A model generated the notes under the pieces. It made no database searches, was not told where the DNA came from, and was given only the letters and a program-made list of their open reading frames with translations. From positions 24,056,001 through 24,120,000 of the forward strand of contig NC_087257.1 in the NCBI RefSeq assembly GCF_037042905.1: a stretch of DNA of 64,000 nt, written 5' to 3'. This document shows, piece after piece, positions 14,801 to 26,055 of the stretch (positions within the stretch are counted from its first letter, which is position 1; each line of letters opens with the position of its first letter). This stretch comes from Lytechinus pictus (Eukaryota). The translations under genes and the position numbers were made by a program.

Positions 14801-16786
14801 TGTTGAGAATATCAGATTTCTTCAAAACGGGCGCTAACGGTTACAAATTTGCCGATCTTTTGCCAATATTTTCATGAATACTGAACTCATCCTAAAGAAA
14901 CTTACACCAAAGGGTAATTTTAGGTCGCTTTTCACGTTGATGATGTCAGATTTTAAGGATAATGACCGTCCGCGAAGTATGGACACGCGCGAAGTTTGGA
15001 CTCACTGCCATACTAGTAGTATTATTATGGCTAGATCCACTCACACAACATGCGAGGTTAGTATACTAACCTCGCACAACACATGTGATTTCATAGTGCA
15101 TTTTGACGTTTTCATTCATCACACGAATGTGAGGGACTAAACTACGCCAAACCTTTCAATATTTGTCCGCTATGTTAATCTTGATCGTATGATCAAGTTT
15201 TTATGAAAAAGCAATTATAAATTATTTATTAAAGTGTTTTTATCGCTTACCTCCAAATCTCAACCAGGATACTTCGCTCAGTCCGTCCTTAGTCATCCTT
15301 CGTACTGCGGTGGAAATTACGCAAACAACAATCGAAATGCGAAATTTTCCTATCGAACATTCTCGATTCAAGTCGTCGGCGCATAATAGGAAATTGTACC
15401 AAAAATCAACATAGTTCTCTATTTATTCAAACAATTTTTTCTGGGGTGCACTTGACCTTTAAGAGATTTTCCAATGAAAATATTACATGGAACTTGGAAA
15501 TACAAATCATAATTTGGTTGAACAAAATGTTTTCTGTTAAAGTATAAAACAGAAGAGGAACATATCCTTTACGTATTTTTATATGTTTGCACAAAAAAGG
15601 AGAGGGAAAGGGAAAGGAAAAGGGAGGGGGAAAGGTAGAGGAGAGAGAGGGAAAAGGAGACCATAAAATAGAAAGAAAACAAAGGAAAGGAAGAGGGGAA
15701 GGGAGAGGGAAAGAAAAATGGAAAGAGCGAGAAAGGAAAGAAAAGAAGGGAAAGGAAAAGCGAAAAAGGGAAGGGAAAGGGAGAGAAGAAAAGAAGGGAG
15801 AACGAAAATGGGGAAAGGGAGAAGGAGAGGGGATAATGAAGGGGATAGGAAAATGTCAAGTTTGAAGATCTGAATATTAACACTAAAACAAAATTAGACT
15901 CCCATGTTTTATTTATAAAAATACCATCTTTTTCATGATTATAAAGGTTCAACGTCCCTGTTCTAGGTCTAAACTTCAACATAAATCTACTGGCGCTTCG
16001 CGCTTGAATTCTGGAGGTCATTCCTCTTTTAAAAGTATAGGTAATCTGTCGGACTTTTCAAATCCCAAATTTAAATCTTAAGCGCAAATGCCCTCGCATT
16101 ATTTTTCATTTAGATACAGTCCTGTCATCAATATCAAAAACTCTAAGCGCGAGCTTCGCGCTGGCATCATTTTTGTAAGTGACATTTATGATGTTGTTCA
16201 TATTTAAAAAATGTCCATTTGTTGAGGTTTAAATGTCCAAAAGTTCAGCGCTCGCATAATTTGTAAGGTAAATAGACCTACCCTTTTAATTGTTATACAA
16301 AGGCGCTTATACAACGTCCAGAATGCAGTTCGGAATATTGAAAATAACTATTGGTCCCGCTATTTCTGCCCGTGCGACAAGCATTTATCATTTTGAATCA
16401 TGAGATTCACCTTTAAAATATGATGAAAAAGTATCGTTAAGACTGAATTAAGAAAAAAAGAAGCTCACGTTTCACGCTCGCATTTTAATTGATCCGTTAG
16501 CTTGTGATAATAATGGTGACTTCGTTAATATATCTTAGCGGACATGTCCATCTTTTGGTGCTTCAAGAAAAATAAACACAACACACAAATAATAATAGAA
16601 AACGAACAAGAATAGAATAGATAGTTACCTATCCCACTCATGAATTCTTATTTAACAGTCCCCAAAACGTATTTTTTTCGTGTTAGCTTATTTCATATAC
16701 ATATATATATATATAAATATATATATATATCTTTCACACAATATTTAAATAAAAGAGTTGCCAAAGCTGTAGTACATGTATAACTT

Positions 16787-16830
<44 letters not shown>

Positions 16831-18566
16831 TCTCCTCATCATGGTTATAAAAAGTGCTCAGAATGTTTTATTTTCAAGTCCTTGTATCAGAATTTTCAGC
16901 TCGGGCAGCTCTATCGCATTTTGATTACTATCCTGTTGATTTATTTACTTGAACAAAATATTTAAAATGTCCAGCTTTTAGAACAGATATCAAAAAAAGG
17001 TATTCACCTTTGATCATAGATGAGGAAGAAGAAAAAAGTGAAAAAAAATAGGAAACAAACTAACGAATTAATGTGACATAATTTTTCTTCATTTCAAGGC
17101 GACGCTTTACATTTCATCATCGCTGATGGCGCTACAATAGAAAATACCGCTTGACAGCAAAAAAAAAAAAACAGAAAGAGGAAAATAATGCTGAGCGTCT
17201 AAAATGCAGCTAGCAGTACAATCTGCAGAACCGTCGTAAACAAACATCTTGTGAATAATATCGCGCGCCCTCTTTAAGCAAAAGTTTACAACCACAATTA
17301 CCCTGCGGTATCTACGTGAAGATCACGAGAAAATGCATTTTTTTTCTTAAAAACACACCAAAGAGAAGACAAGAAACGATCCATATGGTTCGGTAAGTGT
17401 CATAGCACAATTAGAAACATTATTTTAAAAGGAATGGCTTAGTTATTTTAGTAAAAAGGGTGTGAAAAATTCGCGTGCACCATGTGCATTAACCCAGAGA
17501 GCTCCGGCCCGCGTAGCGGGCCGGAGCCCAGACGCTCAGTGTGCAAACGGGCATTCAGGTGAGAGTACCGTGAAGTTTGGTCAAAATAATTTTGATAATA
17601 AATAATTAAAACAGAAATTAAGCACTTACCACGATTGTATGGATGATAGTCTAACGAGTGGCAGTTTCCTGACATCGAGGCACAGACTGGAACCTCAAAA
17701 AACGATCAGTTCTGTCGCGGTGGCTCTCCTTCTTTCAAAATTCATAGCAAAATGGCCGTTCGAGAGGGTGTAGGGCGCATGCGCGAATTTGACAAAGTCT
17801 ATATGCGCTAGTGCTATACTAGCCTCGGTCTCGATCGGCCATTTTGTGTTGAATTCTGAAAGAGGAGAGCTACCGCGACAGAACTGATCGTTTTTTGAGG
17901 TTCCAGTCTGTGCCTCGATGTCAGGAAACTGCCACTCGTTAGACTATCATCCATACAATCGTGGTAAGTGCTTAATTTGTTTTAATTATTTATTATCAAA
18001 ATTATTTTGACCAAACTTCACGGTACTCTCACCTGAATGCCCGTTTGCACACTGAGCGTCTGGGCTCCGGCCCGCTACGGGCCGGAGCTCTCTGGGTTAC
18101 ATGTGCATATGAATCCTTCGCACGCGAGATGCATTGATCCCATGAGTGGGCTAGATCTAGATATATTATTCTGAACCTTCACCATGTTTTTATTTTCAAT
18201 TTTAGTGGGGTGCATATGGAACTCTTGCCGCAAATTTGGTATTGTAACAAGTTGACCTTAATTCATGTAATTATGAAACGGACCCCGGCCCAGTTCCGCG
18301 GAACTGAGGAGCACCAACAAGGAGTTGATCACGCCAGAGCTCCGGCACGTTTTCTGAACTCTTTCCCGCTCAGGTCATTCAGGTTCGGGCTCGTGAACAA
18401 AATAATCTCACCTAGTCACATTCACCACACAGTCATTACATTAGATTTAATACGAACCTTCAGCTTCTTGACTTTCTTCCTCCTCTTGGGTGCTTGCCAC
18501 ATGAAATGTTAGGCTGCATATAGCCAAGAATAGGACAAATATCTGTAGTTTTCGACACTCCATCAT
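2476..18566 (-). CDS. PDIA4: Protein disulfide-isomerase A4 (ERp72), 10 coding exons: 18458-18566, 12336-12471, 11598-11803, 10891-11029, 10124-10329, 9488-9646, 5461-5609, 4785-4941, 3907-4149, 2476-2894 (1923 nt, 640 aa)
   Basis: All introns are GT-AG with compatible phases. Signal peptide plus acidic N-terminus, three thioredoxin WCGHC sites (a0, a, a') separated by b/b' domains, C-terminal RDEL. Confidence 0.96.
3055..3470 (+). mobile_element. tRNA-derived SINE interrupted by a small palindromic MITE (about 3180-3350)
   Basis: Pol III box A TGGTCTAGTGG and box B GGTTCAAATC, then a core shared with fragments at about 6040-6190 and 9145-9265. The inserted MITE (TTTCAcAAAGCTGTT...AACAGCTTTATGAAA) recurs at about 43040-43220 and 46335-46480. 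Confidence 0.7.
3907..4149 (-). CDS. PDIA4: PDIA4 exon 9 (b' domain, FAIADEDEF...[10 protein letters not shown])
   Basis: Lies within ORF 3836-4228; CAG/GTATGT boundaries. Confidence 0.95.
4785..4941 (-). CDS. PDIA4: PDIA4 exon 8 ([22 protein letters not shown]...[12 protein letters not shown])
   Basis: PLVG and YSVDxSFD motifs; CAG/GTAAG boundaries. Confidence 0.94.
5461..5609 (-). CDS. PDIA4: PDIA4 exon 7 ([11 protein letters not shown]...[10 protein letters not shown]...)
   Basis: PDIA3/4-type LRDDYRFAH and SKYE motifs; AG/GTAAGT boundaries. Confidence 0.94.
5656..5845. mobile_element. hAT-like MITE, 190 bp
   Basis: TIR CAGTGGCGTACCTA/TAGGTACGCTAGTG; perfect 8-bp TSD GTTAGAAC (5648-5655, 5846-5853). 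Confidence 0.85.
7164..8741. mobile_element. Non-autonomous TIR element, about 1.6 kb, in PDIA4 intron 6
   Basis: Imperfect TIR AGCCCGAGTCATATCGAT / ATCGATTCGACTCAGGCT; diverged internal direct repeat (about 7790 vs 8240); no transposase ORF. Confidence 0.6.
8745..9139. mobile_element. Kolobok-like MITE
   Basis: TTAA at both ends with imperfect AG...CT termini (AGGTAAATGCTAG / CTGGAATTTCTCT). Confidence 0.5.
9488..9646 (-). CDS. PDIA4: PDIA4 exon 6 ([14 protein letters not shown]...DDVSIVGFF...YLDA)
   Basis: TTTTTCAG acceptor, GTGAGT donor, start of b domain. Confidence 0.94.
10124..10329 (-). CDS. PDIA4: PDIA4 exon 5 (second CGHC domain)
   Basis: Lies within ORF 10071-10409; 206 nt like exon 3; AG/GT boundaries. 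Confidence 0.95.
10891..11029 (-). CDS. PDIA4: PDIA4 exon 4 ([47 protein letters not shown])
   Basis: PDIA4-typical WTPPPE linker; AG/GTAAGT boundaries. Confidence 0.96.
11598..11803 (-). CDS. PDIA4: PDIA4 exon 3 ([11 protein letters not shown]...[11 protein letters not shown]...GPREKD)
   Basis: Lies within ORF 11413-11817; AG/GT boundaries; thioredoxin active site. Confidence 0.96.
12336..12471 (-). CDS. PDIA4: PDIA4 exon 2 ([46 protein letters not shown])
   Basis: TAG acceptor, GTAAGT donor, start of thioredoxin domain a0. Confidence 0.95.
14381..15012. mobile_element. MITE, about 630 bp, in PDIA4 intron 1
   Basis: Inverted termini containing GTCCAAACTTCGCG / CGCGAAGTTTGGAC. Confidence 0.6.
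15590..15852. repeat. Polypurine (GA-rich) low-complexity tract
   Basis: Almost pure G/A on the plus strand; accounts for the spurious ORFs 15569-16021 and 15587-15865. Confidence 0.9.
16695..16828. repeat. (TA)n and (CA)n(TA)n microsatellites
   Basis: Directly visible dinucleotide runs at about 16695-16730 and 16787-16828. Confidence 0.95.
17490..18099. mobile_element. Foldback non-autonomous element, Mutator/MULE-like, 610 bp
   Basis: Near-perfect TIRs of about 275 bp (TAACCCAGAGAGCTCCGG...) with a short spacer; perfect 9-bp TSD CATGTGCAT (17481-17489, 18100-18108). Confidence 0.88.
18458..18566 (-). CDS. PDIA4: PDIA4 exon 1 (signal peptide, [36 protein letters not shown])
   Basis: ATG, basic n-region, hydrophobic core, acidic stretch; phase-1 donor G|GTTCGT is compatible with exon 2. 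Confidence 0.9.
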
Positions 18567-18698
18567 GTCTGAAAGTGTTGTAGGCGTAGCGTAGAATGAT
18601 ACCCTGGAAAAACCCCATCACACTCAATCAAGATAAATATTGCGCGGAATGTAAAGCTTGTTCCCTATAAAAACTGCATGGAATTTAAGAAAACAACA

Positions 18699-18870
18699 TT
18701 TTATATACAACACGTGGTCTTTTTCTAATCAAAATATTTTCAAAATTTTACTCAATTATTGACGATTCACGATTTGTAAACCAAAAGGCGAAAAATAGAA
18801 AATACTTCGCGCATTAATATTTTAAAGAGGCTCCAAGAGACTGCTAGCGAACCAATGAATGAACGCCAAG
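18699..18870 (-). promoter_or_regulatory. Probable PDIA4 proximal promoter: TATA-like box, adjacent CCACGTG, and ERSE-like CCAAT-N9-CCAAG
   Basis: Minus-strand CCACGTGTTGTATATAAAA about 135-150 bp upstream of the ATG. Plus-strand CCAATgaatgaacgCCAAG at 18852-18870 is one mismatch from the ERSE consensus CCAAT-N9-CCACG. Confidence 0.5.
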
Positions 18871-20104
18871 TTTTCTGGCACTTGTGTCGTCTGCTAGGTT
18901 TATTGACACGTGTACTACTGTATAGTATATCGGACTTGGTTTACCTAAATTTACATGATTTCAGATCTAAATTACATGAAAAAAAGAAAAGATTAAAGTT
19001 CCAAGCTAAAATCATCTCTCGCTTTGCACTCGCGCATCATCTACTCAGTCCTTATGAAATACATCTTGTTGTAAAAAAGTAAATTAAACTTCAGTTAAAA
19101 AATAAAGAAAACACAAATTCAAAACAAAATACTCAAAAGTTTCACCATCATACAGCTGAAGCCAGTATAGGCCTCCGGAATGACGACTCCGAAGTGGAGC
19201 AGCAAGATGTACTAGTATACAGAGGAAGCGGGAGGGGGGGACCCCCCTTCTTTTTTCTAAAACCGGGTACAAAAACTTAAAAATGACCATATCATTGTGA
19301 TTTTTTGCATGGTCAGCCCCCCCACTTTGAAAACCGTTCCGCGGCCCCTGGTATAGGCCCGCCCATTAAAATGTAGAGTTTAATGTTTATTATTGTTTCT
19401 TTTTCTATTTTGTGTGTTTTATATATGTTTTAACTTTTTTATGAACTAGAGGTCAACTTAAAGATAGTGGCAAGTAGTGTACACAGGATTAAAAAAGAGG
19501 TGGGCTCAGGGTTTTAAGCTGATTGAAATGTTGACACCCCCAAAAAAAGTTCTTCCACAAACTTTACGTCGTTTCATACCCCCAATTTTTTTTTAAAAGA
19601 GAGAAAAAGGTCTTAAACAGTTTTTTATAGGGAGGGGGGGGGGGGGGGTTAACACCTGTGACCCCCCCCCCTGCGTACGCCACTGTTAGTGGCAATGGAG
19701 AGCATATAGTGGGTAGCCCCTCAGATGTCAAAAACTCATCTTGACTTCATGTAAAAACAATCATGATATTCTTGCGAATAATTAAATAATCTATTTCCAG
19801 TACTGCAATACATATAAATTATGCAAATTTATGCAAAAATTGATTTCCTTCAGGGGCGGATCCGCCAACAGCCTTGGGGGCGAACAAAAAATTCGCCCGA
19901 TCGGCCGTTCAGAGTTGATTTTCGTTGAAGGTGTGACCTAACAGTAACTTTTTAGCTTTATAAAACAACATAAATATATAATTATAAAAAACACATACAC
20001 ATTTAAATAGTGCGAACCTAAAGCGCGAGCCAAAATTTTTGGAAATTTCATTTATTTTGAGCAATGCTTGTGATCCTGAACAAGATGCGTACGTATGCCT
20101 ACCT

Positions 20105-21545
20105 CAGGCGCGTAGCCAGGGGGGGCGGTGGGGGCGGTCGCCCCCCCAAAAAAAAACGTCCCCAAAAAGAAAAAAAAAAGAAGGGAAAAAAGAGAGGAGA
20201 AAAGGAAAAGGGAAGGGAGGAAAGGGAAGAACGGTAGCTTTGTGTTTTTTTTTTCTTTTTATTCTTTGGTTTTTTTTTCTCAAAAGAGAAAGTCTTTCAC
20301 TCTTGCTCTAAATGTATATATGAATTTTGCTTCCGCGCTGTGCGCGGTTAAATGACAATAATGAAGTTCTCCATTGTTTCCCAACACTGTTTTTTTACCT
20401 CAGCTATATGTGTTTCTTGCCAGTTAAAGTTCAAATATATACATTAGGGCATGGAATTAGAGTAAAGTTATATAGGCCGAAGTATATGGAGTTATCTTTT
20501 TTTTTTAATTGATCGCGCAACTTCTGGTCTGGTCGGCTCCGGGCGTGTAAAATCTTTATATCAATTTCTGCCGTCACCTCCATAAGTCAACTTCTCCCGC
20601 TTTTCAGCTCATTACTAAACAACCATAATTTTGGGGCAAACAGGTACCTAATTTTAAAAGAGGAAGGTATAAAATTCGTGTCGTATTAAATAAAAAAGTA
20701 CAATATTTTTTATCAAATTCTATTAAACTTCATGTCATTTCTCTGCACATTCATTTCCTGTCCTGTTTTGCGCCCACAGTTTGAAATTTTGAATGACACT
20801 TAAGTTTCTTTATAATTCAAAATGAAACGCTTCAGGATAAGTCAAAGAAATTAGGCATCCTTTTTTATATAATTTCAATAAATCACAGAAGTTTCAATTT
20901 TTTGCGCACTATTATCATTGTAATGAAGTTCAATAATCTTAGAAAATCAATTGAATTAGAGCCGATGGGGTATTAGAGATATCTAGCTGCATTTGATGAA
21001 ACGTCCGCTCTTTGAAATTCCAGAGTTTCATTGCTCTGCGCGGGGAGGAATATCTTCCTCCCGGCATATACACTTCTTCTCCTCTGTTTTGCGAGTTAAA
21101 TATGTGCACTGTCGCTAAATAGTTTCTAATCAATCTGATCTTTCCAAGGGAAGTATTCAATATATCATTGAGAATACCCTTTTCTCTGGACCCTTTACAT
21201 GGCAAAAAAAATTGATAAAACGCTTCAGCTTCCGCGCATCGCGCGGGGTTATTATATTAATTTCCTCCATTGTATTCCTTTTATGTGCGTTCACAATCAC
21301 TTTTGAAAACAAGGTTCAAAATCACAATATAGTCAACTGAATTTGAGCTGATATAGGTACTAGAGACAAGAGAGACGGCTCCTTTTCATTTTAATTTATG
21401 AAACACCAAAAGCTTCGCGCTTCGCGCGGGAGGGGGAAACTCCCCCTCCCTGCACCCACCCCCCAGGGAGCGCGCTTCGCGCGCTCTGTAAGTGTTGGCA
21501 CCAATTTACCGCCCCCTCCAAAATGAAATCTTGGCTACGCGGTTG
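20105..21545. mobile_element. Non-autonomous CAG-terminus TIR element (hAT-like)
   Basis: CAGGCGCGTAGCCAGG / CTTGGCTACGCGGTTG termini and internal GCGCTTCGCGC motifs; no clean 8-bp TSD. Confidence 0.55.
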
Positions 21546-22622
21546 ACCTTTAATGATTACTGCCAGCGTTCTTGGGAGTGGGAGTGCTATGGGGGTGAAG
21601 CACCCCCAAAAATATTATTGGGGGTGCTGCGTGTAATATATTCTCCACAGGCCACGCCCCGAGGTATTCTTGAAGATGTGTAAAAATGACCTCAATTTTT
21701 TAATGAAACTTTTTTTTTCTCTTCTAATTTTTCGGGACCAATTCAACCTCCATTTTGTTTGACGTAGTGAAAACCTTTATTTGCTTTGCTTTTCATATTT
21801 ACATCAGCACCCGCAGTCAAATAATCGTTCCCAGGGCCTTGGTAAGTGGGTATATTTTTGTTCATAAAATGTTTAAACCAAGGTAAAATGTCATCAAGCT
21901 TTAAGACAGTATTCTTTTCATAGCTATACATCATACTATAACACCACATAAAATCCAAATGCTTTCATAATATTTTTCAGTGGTTGAAAATTTCTGAACG
22001 TCCCATACGTATGGTGTGCGATATCTTGGACTTGCCCTATAATAAAACAGGGAAAAGCGATGTACTGATCATGAGTCGGACAGCAATAAATGACCAATGA
22101 CATACAATTATACACGATCTGCGAGCACATGAAGATGAAATATCCTCTTTGAATAAATATCATATTGGTAGTGAAGACCCTTTATTTTTATTTTTTTTTG
22201 GGGGGGTCAACATTTTCTTGTAAAAAATACCACCCCCTTTGGAAAATCCTGGATCCGCCCCTGCTTCCACTGTATTCTGTACATAGCCAACAGATGACTC
22301 CCATTGTTTTTACTAACTTGCCCACAGCTGAGCTTGCCCAGTACAGTATACAAGAATAGCGCCAGCTATCAACATCAGTTATGCCCTATGATATGCCAAC
22401 AATGCATGGTTAAAATATGTTCAGCCCTCCCTTCACGATCCTATATGAAACGCAAAACTTACAAAATAATGAATAAAAATATGAATAAAGAAACGAAACC
22501 TTTCTTGATGAAGAAATATTGGGTAGATTAAAAAAAAAAAAACTAAACTCTTTAACACTTTTTACCCAACCAAAGATGAAGCATGAGTGTTTATTGGGAA
22601 AAATATCAAACATTGTGAACAT

Positions 22623-23245
22623 TTATAGGACAAGACATAGTCCACCTCAACAAAAAGTTGATTCATATAAAGAGAGACAAATCCAACAGGCATAACACTG
22701 AAACTTTCATCAAAATCGGATGTAAAATAAGAAAGTTATGACATTATAAAGTTTCGCTTAATTTCATAAAACAGTTATTTGCACATCATGCACATCATGG
22801 TCTGTATATGCATATTATGAGGGGACTGATGACGTCAACCACTCACTATTTTTTTTTGTATTTCGTTATAATTTTTATGAAATATGAAATATTTAAATTT
22901 TCTCCTCATAACGTAAAAAAAAATATTTTCCACTGAATATGTTTAATTACCCTCATTTCACCATTTTCAGTCAAGTTGGTCCTTATTGTTAAATTTGTAA
23001 AATTTGAAACATTTTATAATTCAAACAATAAAAAACACAAAAGAATAGTGAGTGAGGGGCATCAACTCTCTCATTTGCATGTCACTGGGTTGTGCGTATA
23101 ACTATATTTTGTGGAAAATAAGCGAAACTTTAAAGTGTCATATTTATTTTACATCCGATTTTGATGAAATTTTCAACATTATGTTTGTTGGATTTTTTTA
23201 AAAATCGAATCAACATTTTTTTCTGGGGCTGACTTGACGTTTAAA
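22623..23245. mobile_element. Kolobok-like palindromic MITE; partial copies at about 15415-15462 and from 48042
   Basis: Long imperfect inverted arms (TTTCATCAAAATCGGATGTAAAAT / ATTTTACATCCGATTTTGATGAAA); the 48042 copy begins TTAAAGGTCAAGTCCACCCCAG. Confidence 0.65.
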
Positions 23246-24668
23246 GCGGTCATGTGTGAATTTTTCAACATTATGCTTGTTGGAATTGTTTCTATTGATC
23301 AAGTTTAACTTGATACACCATACACGTCCAATACCTATTTTACCATACAAAGATGCAAAAGCTACCTTTCTACCCAATATTGGTAATATTTTACTTAACC
23401 TTGCTATTAGAGTTGTAAAGGTAACTTCTGCTTTGGTATTTTAGGCCTATACTTTGTTAATGCTGGGTAGTACAGCATTATTGAATAAAACTCAATTACA
23501 CACATAAAGGCAACGCTGGCCTCATTTACTGACATTAATTCGGACATTAAAAAAAAACACATTTGCAGCTTTACTAATTTGCTTTTCATTAGTGTTTTTT
23601 GGTATGTCGTCAGGGGCTTCTGTATCTAAATACCCCAGATGAAATAAACCTCGACTTTTATGGGTTGTCAAGGGGCTTGATACTCCAAAATTATATACTT
23701 TTATCGTTATAGCTACATGACGAATAAAATAAATCAATCGATCATGTTTCTTGGGTATACATATACTGGAATCCATCTCATGGTGAAGAATACTATTTTC
23801 AAGAATATCTCGAAGATTTGAATGCCAAATATCACGATATAAAAATCTGGATTTGCAGCAATGATTAAAATTTGAAGGTTTTGATTGTGACATCCTGATA
23901 AAAAATGGGTGAACGCAGCTCATAATTACATACTACTATCTATGCAAGGGAGATAAAAGCAATATTTCAGTGAAGAGTGAAAATAGTACTTTTTAATTTA
24001 CAACATATGGTTTAAAGGGGGAGGCGTCATTTATATCCATATACTCCAAAATACCCCTTGGTGACACACTGCTTCCACTAGTTTGTTGTTTCTCAGTCTT
24101 TACATATTCATGATATTGCTTGTACAGCTGTAATTCCTGCAAATATTCTATTTACTTCTACACGTAATCAGGTCAACGAAAATATTTGGAACAAATTGAC
24201 ACTTTCAAAAATTAGATTGAGCTATAGATTTAGAATATCAAATTGCACATGAATAAAATATTTAACTTCCACATGGGGTTCAAGACATTGAGTCAGATGC
24301 ATTAAAAAGAGTAGCACTTGCTTTTGCTAGGCTTTTACTTCATTCCGTTTGCATCAAGATGAGCGAGCAAATGCTTCTGCTAGGAAGTTCAAGCAATCGC
24401 TAACTGACCGCTAGCATTTCCTTGACGATTAAGCTATTGCTAAAGTGTGGGTTTTTTCAAACTCCTTTAAAGCAGCTTGAGTGTAACTTGCGTCATCAGG
24501 GCGTTCGCGCTTTTTAATTATGCTTATGCAACCGAGAAAGAAGCTAATGATGTACAGTTGCCTATACATGAACATGTTTTCTTCCTTATATCATGTATAT
24601 AGTAGATGGAAGCCAACTGTCAAATACATAAAAACATAAAGTTAGTTTGACGCCACGTCTAAGGGAAA

Positions 24669-25809
24669 TGTTAAGACCGTGTCAGCATATACCACGTTGT
24701 CACAATAACCACAAAGGAGGCGTATTCTAAAATTAGCTTCCTTTTAATACTTGGAAGTATCTCAGTAGCGGTGCTAGCTTGTAGCATATATTCAACAACT
24801 GTGTGTGAATCCTGTAGCAAATAACAAAAATTAAACAACAAAGATTTAGACTCTTGATTAAGTACTAATGGTTCCTTTCACATAGTATTACAATGGGTTA
24901 ATAACTTGGAAATGATATCAATACCTCTTTCACTTGTCAACTGTAACGTGTTATTATTCATTACACTTTTATGTAAACACTTGTGCTTATCTATATCATT
25001 AAAACATAAGCTTCTTATTCACTGAAATGTGTTTGAAATGTCATTTGTTTTGTTTCTAAAAATTACATAAACATCTATTATTATTTATGATCAAACTGCA
25101 CAATTCAGTTTCTTTTGCAAAGTGTTTAGCAAAGTATTGTAATATTTGTCAAAAAACGACTTAATCGAAACTAGCTTAAAGCCGAATCACCAAAGAAACA
25201 TCAGAAAATATTCCTCCGCTTTGAAAACGTGCGCGGAAAATATCCGTACAATTGGGTTTCAAAGTGATTAGCGTAAGAAAAATAGGTCTCATATCTCACC
25301 TCAAATGTATGAGTTATTGAACCAAATTAAACAAAATACGTGTTTTCAAATAATTGACAAACTATCATAAAACATGTTTGTTTCTCTCATTTGCCTTGAA
25401 TTACATTAACAACAAATTTTCATGAATTAAACTTTCACTCGGTACGCTGTCATGTTGAACACGTTTGTATTAACGTTAGTTATGTAATTTTCCATTATCC
25501 ATTTTTAAAGACAGGTCTAAATTTGACCCTAATCACCTTAAATACATTACAGAAATATATGTAGGAATTAAGCATAAACTACACTGTAATATTAATCGAA
25601 CAGAATTTAACGTACCTTCAGTTTTGTATTAAAAAACGAAGAAAACTCGGGATCGACCAAGGTCGATGTACCTTCGAACGGTCTTGTTTTAGCTGTGACC
25701 TTGCTTTGACCTTGAAGGGTAATTAGTCTAAACTCAAGTACATGCAAAAAACCAAACATTTCAAAAGGCAACAATATCTGAATATCAAAAACTATGTCAT
25801 TCTATGACA
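24669..25809 (-). repeat. 3' LTR of element A (1141 bp)
   Basis: Direct repeat of 31319-32128 plus 39638-39968 (810+331=1141); no differences seen by eye. Confidence 0.96.
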
Positions 25810-25899
25810 TCCCAACCCCCTAAGCGTGACGGAATGTCACAAATACAACAATCAATTCTTGCGTTAAAACTTTGATAAAAAAGGTTCATTAAAATATAA

Positions 25900-26005
25900 T
25901 TGTCCAATGTCCATCTTTTCATCTTTGGCATTTTGAATCATTAGGAGCAATTTGTCCAATGTCCATCTTTTCATCTTTGGCATTTTGAATCATTAGGAGC
26001 AATTT
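25900..26005. repeat. Tandem duplication of about 52 bp in the 3' UTR of A
   Basis: TTGTCCAATGTCCATCTTTTCATCTTTGGCATTTTGAATCATTAGGAGCAAT occurs twice. Confidence 0.9.
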
Positions 26006-26055
26006 CTCCAATATGTTCATAATTGTCCTGTAATTAATATCATCGTTCTCAAAGT

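Noticed and set aside
15569-16021. 150-aa F/S/L-rich and 92-aa K/G/E-rich ORFs (also 20039-20355)
   Set aside because: These are translations of polypurine/polypyrimidine low-complexity tracts.
17107-17295. Hydrophobic ORF ending SAISDDEM considered as the PDIA4 signal-peptide exon
   Set aside because: The hydrophobicity comes from a poly-T run and the possible donor is phase 2. Exon 18458-18566 fits far better.
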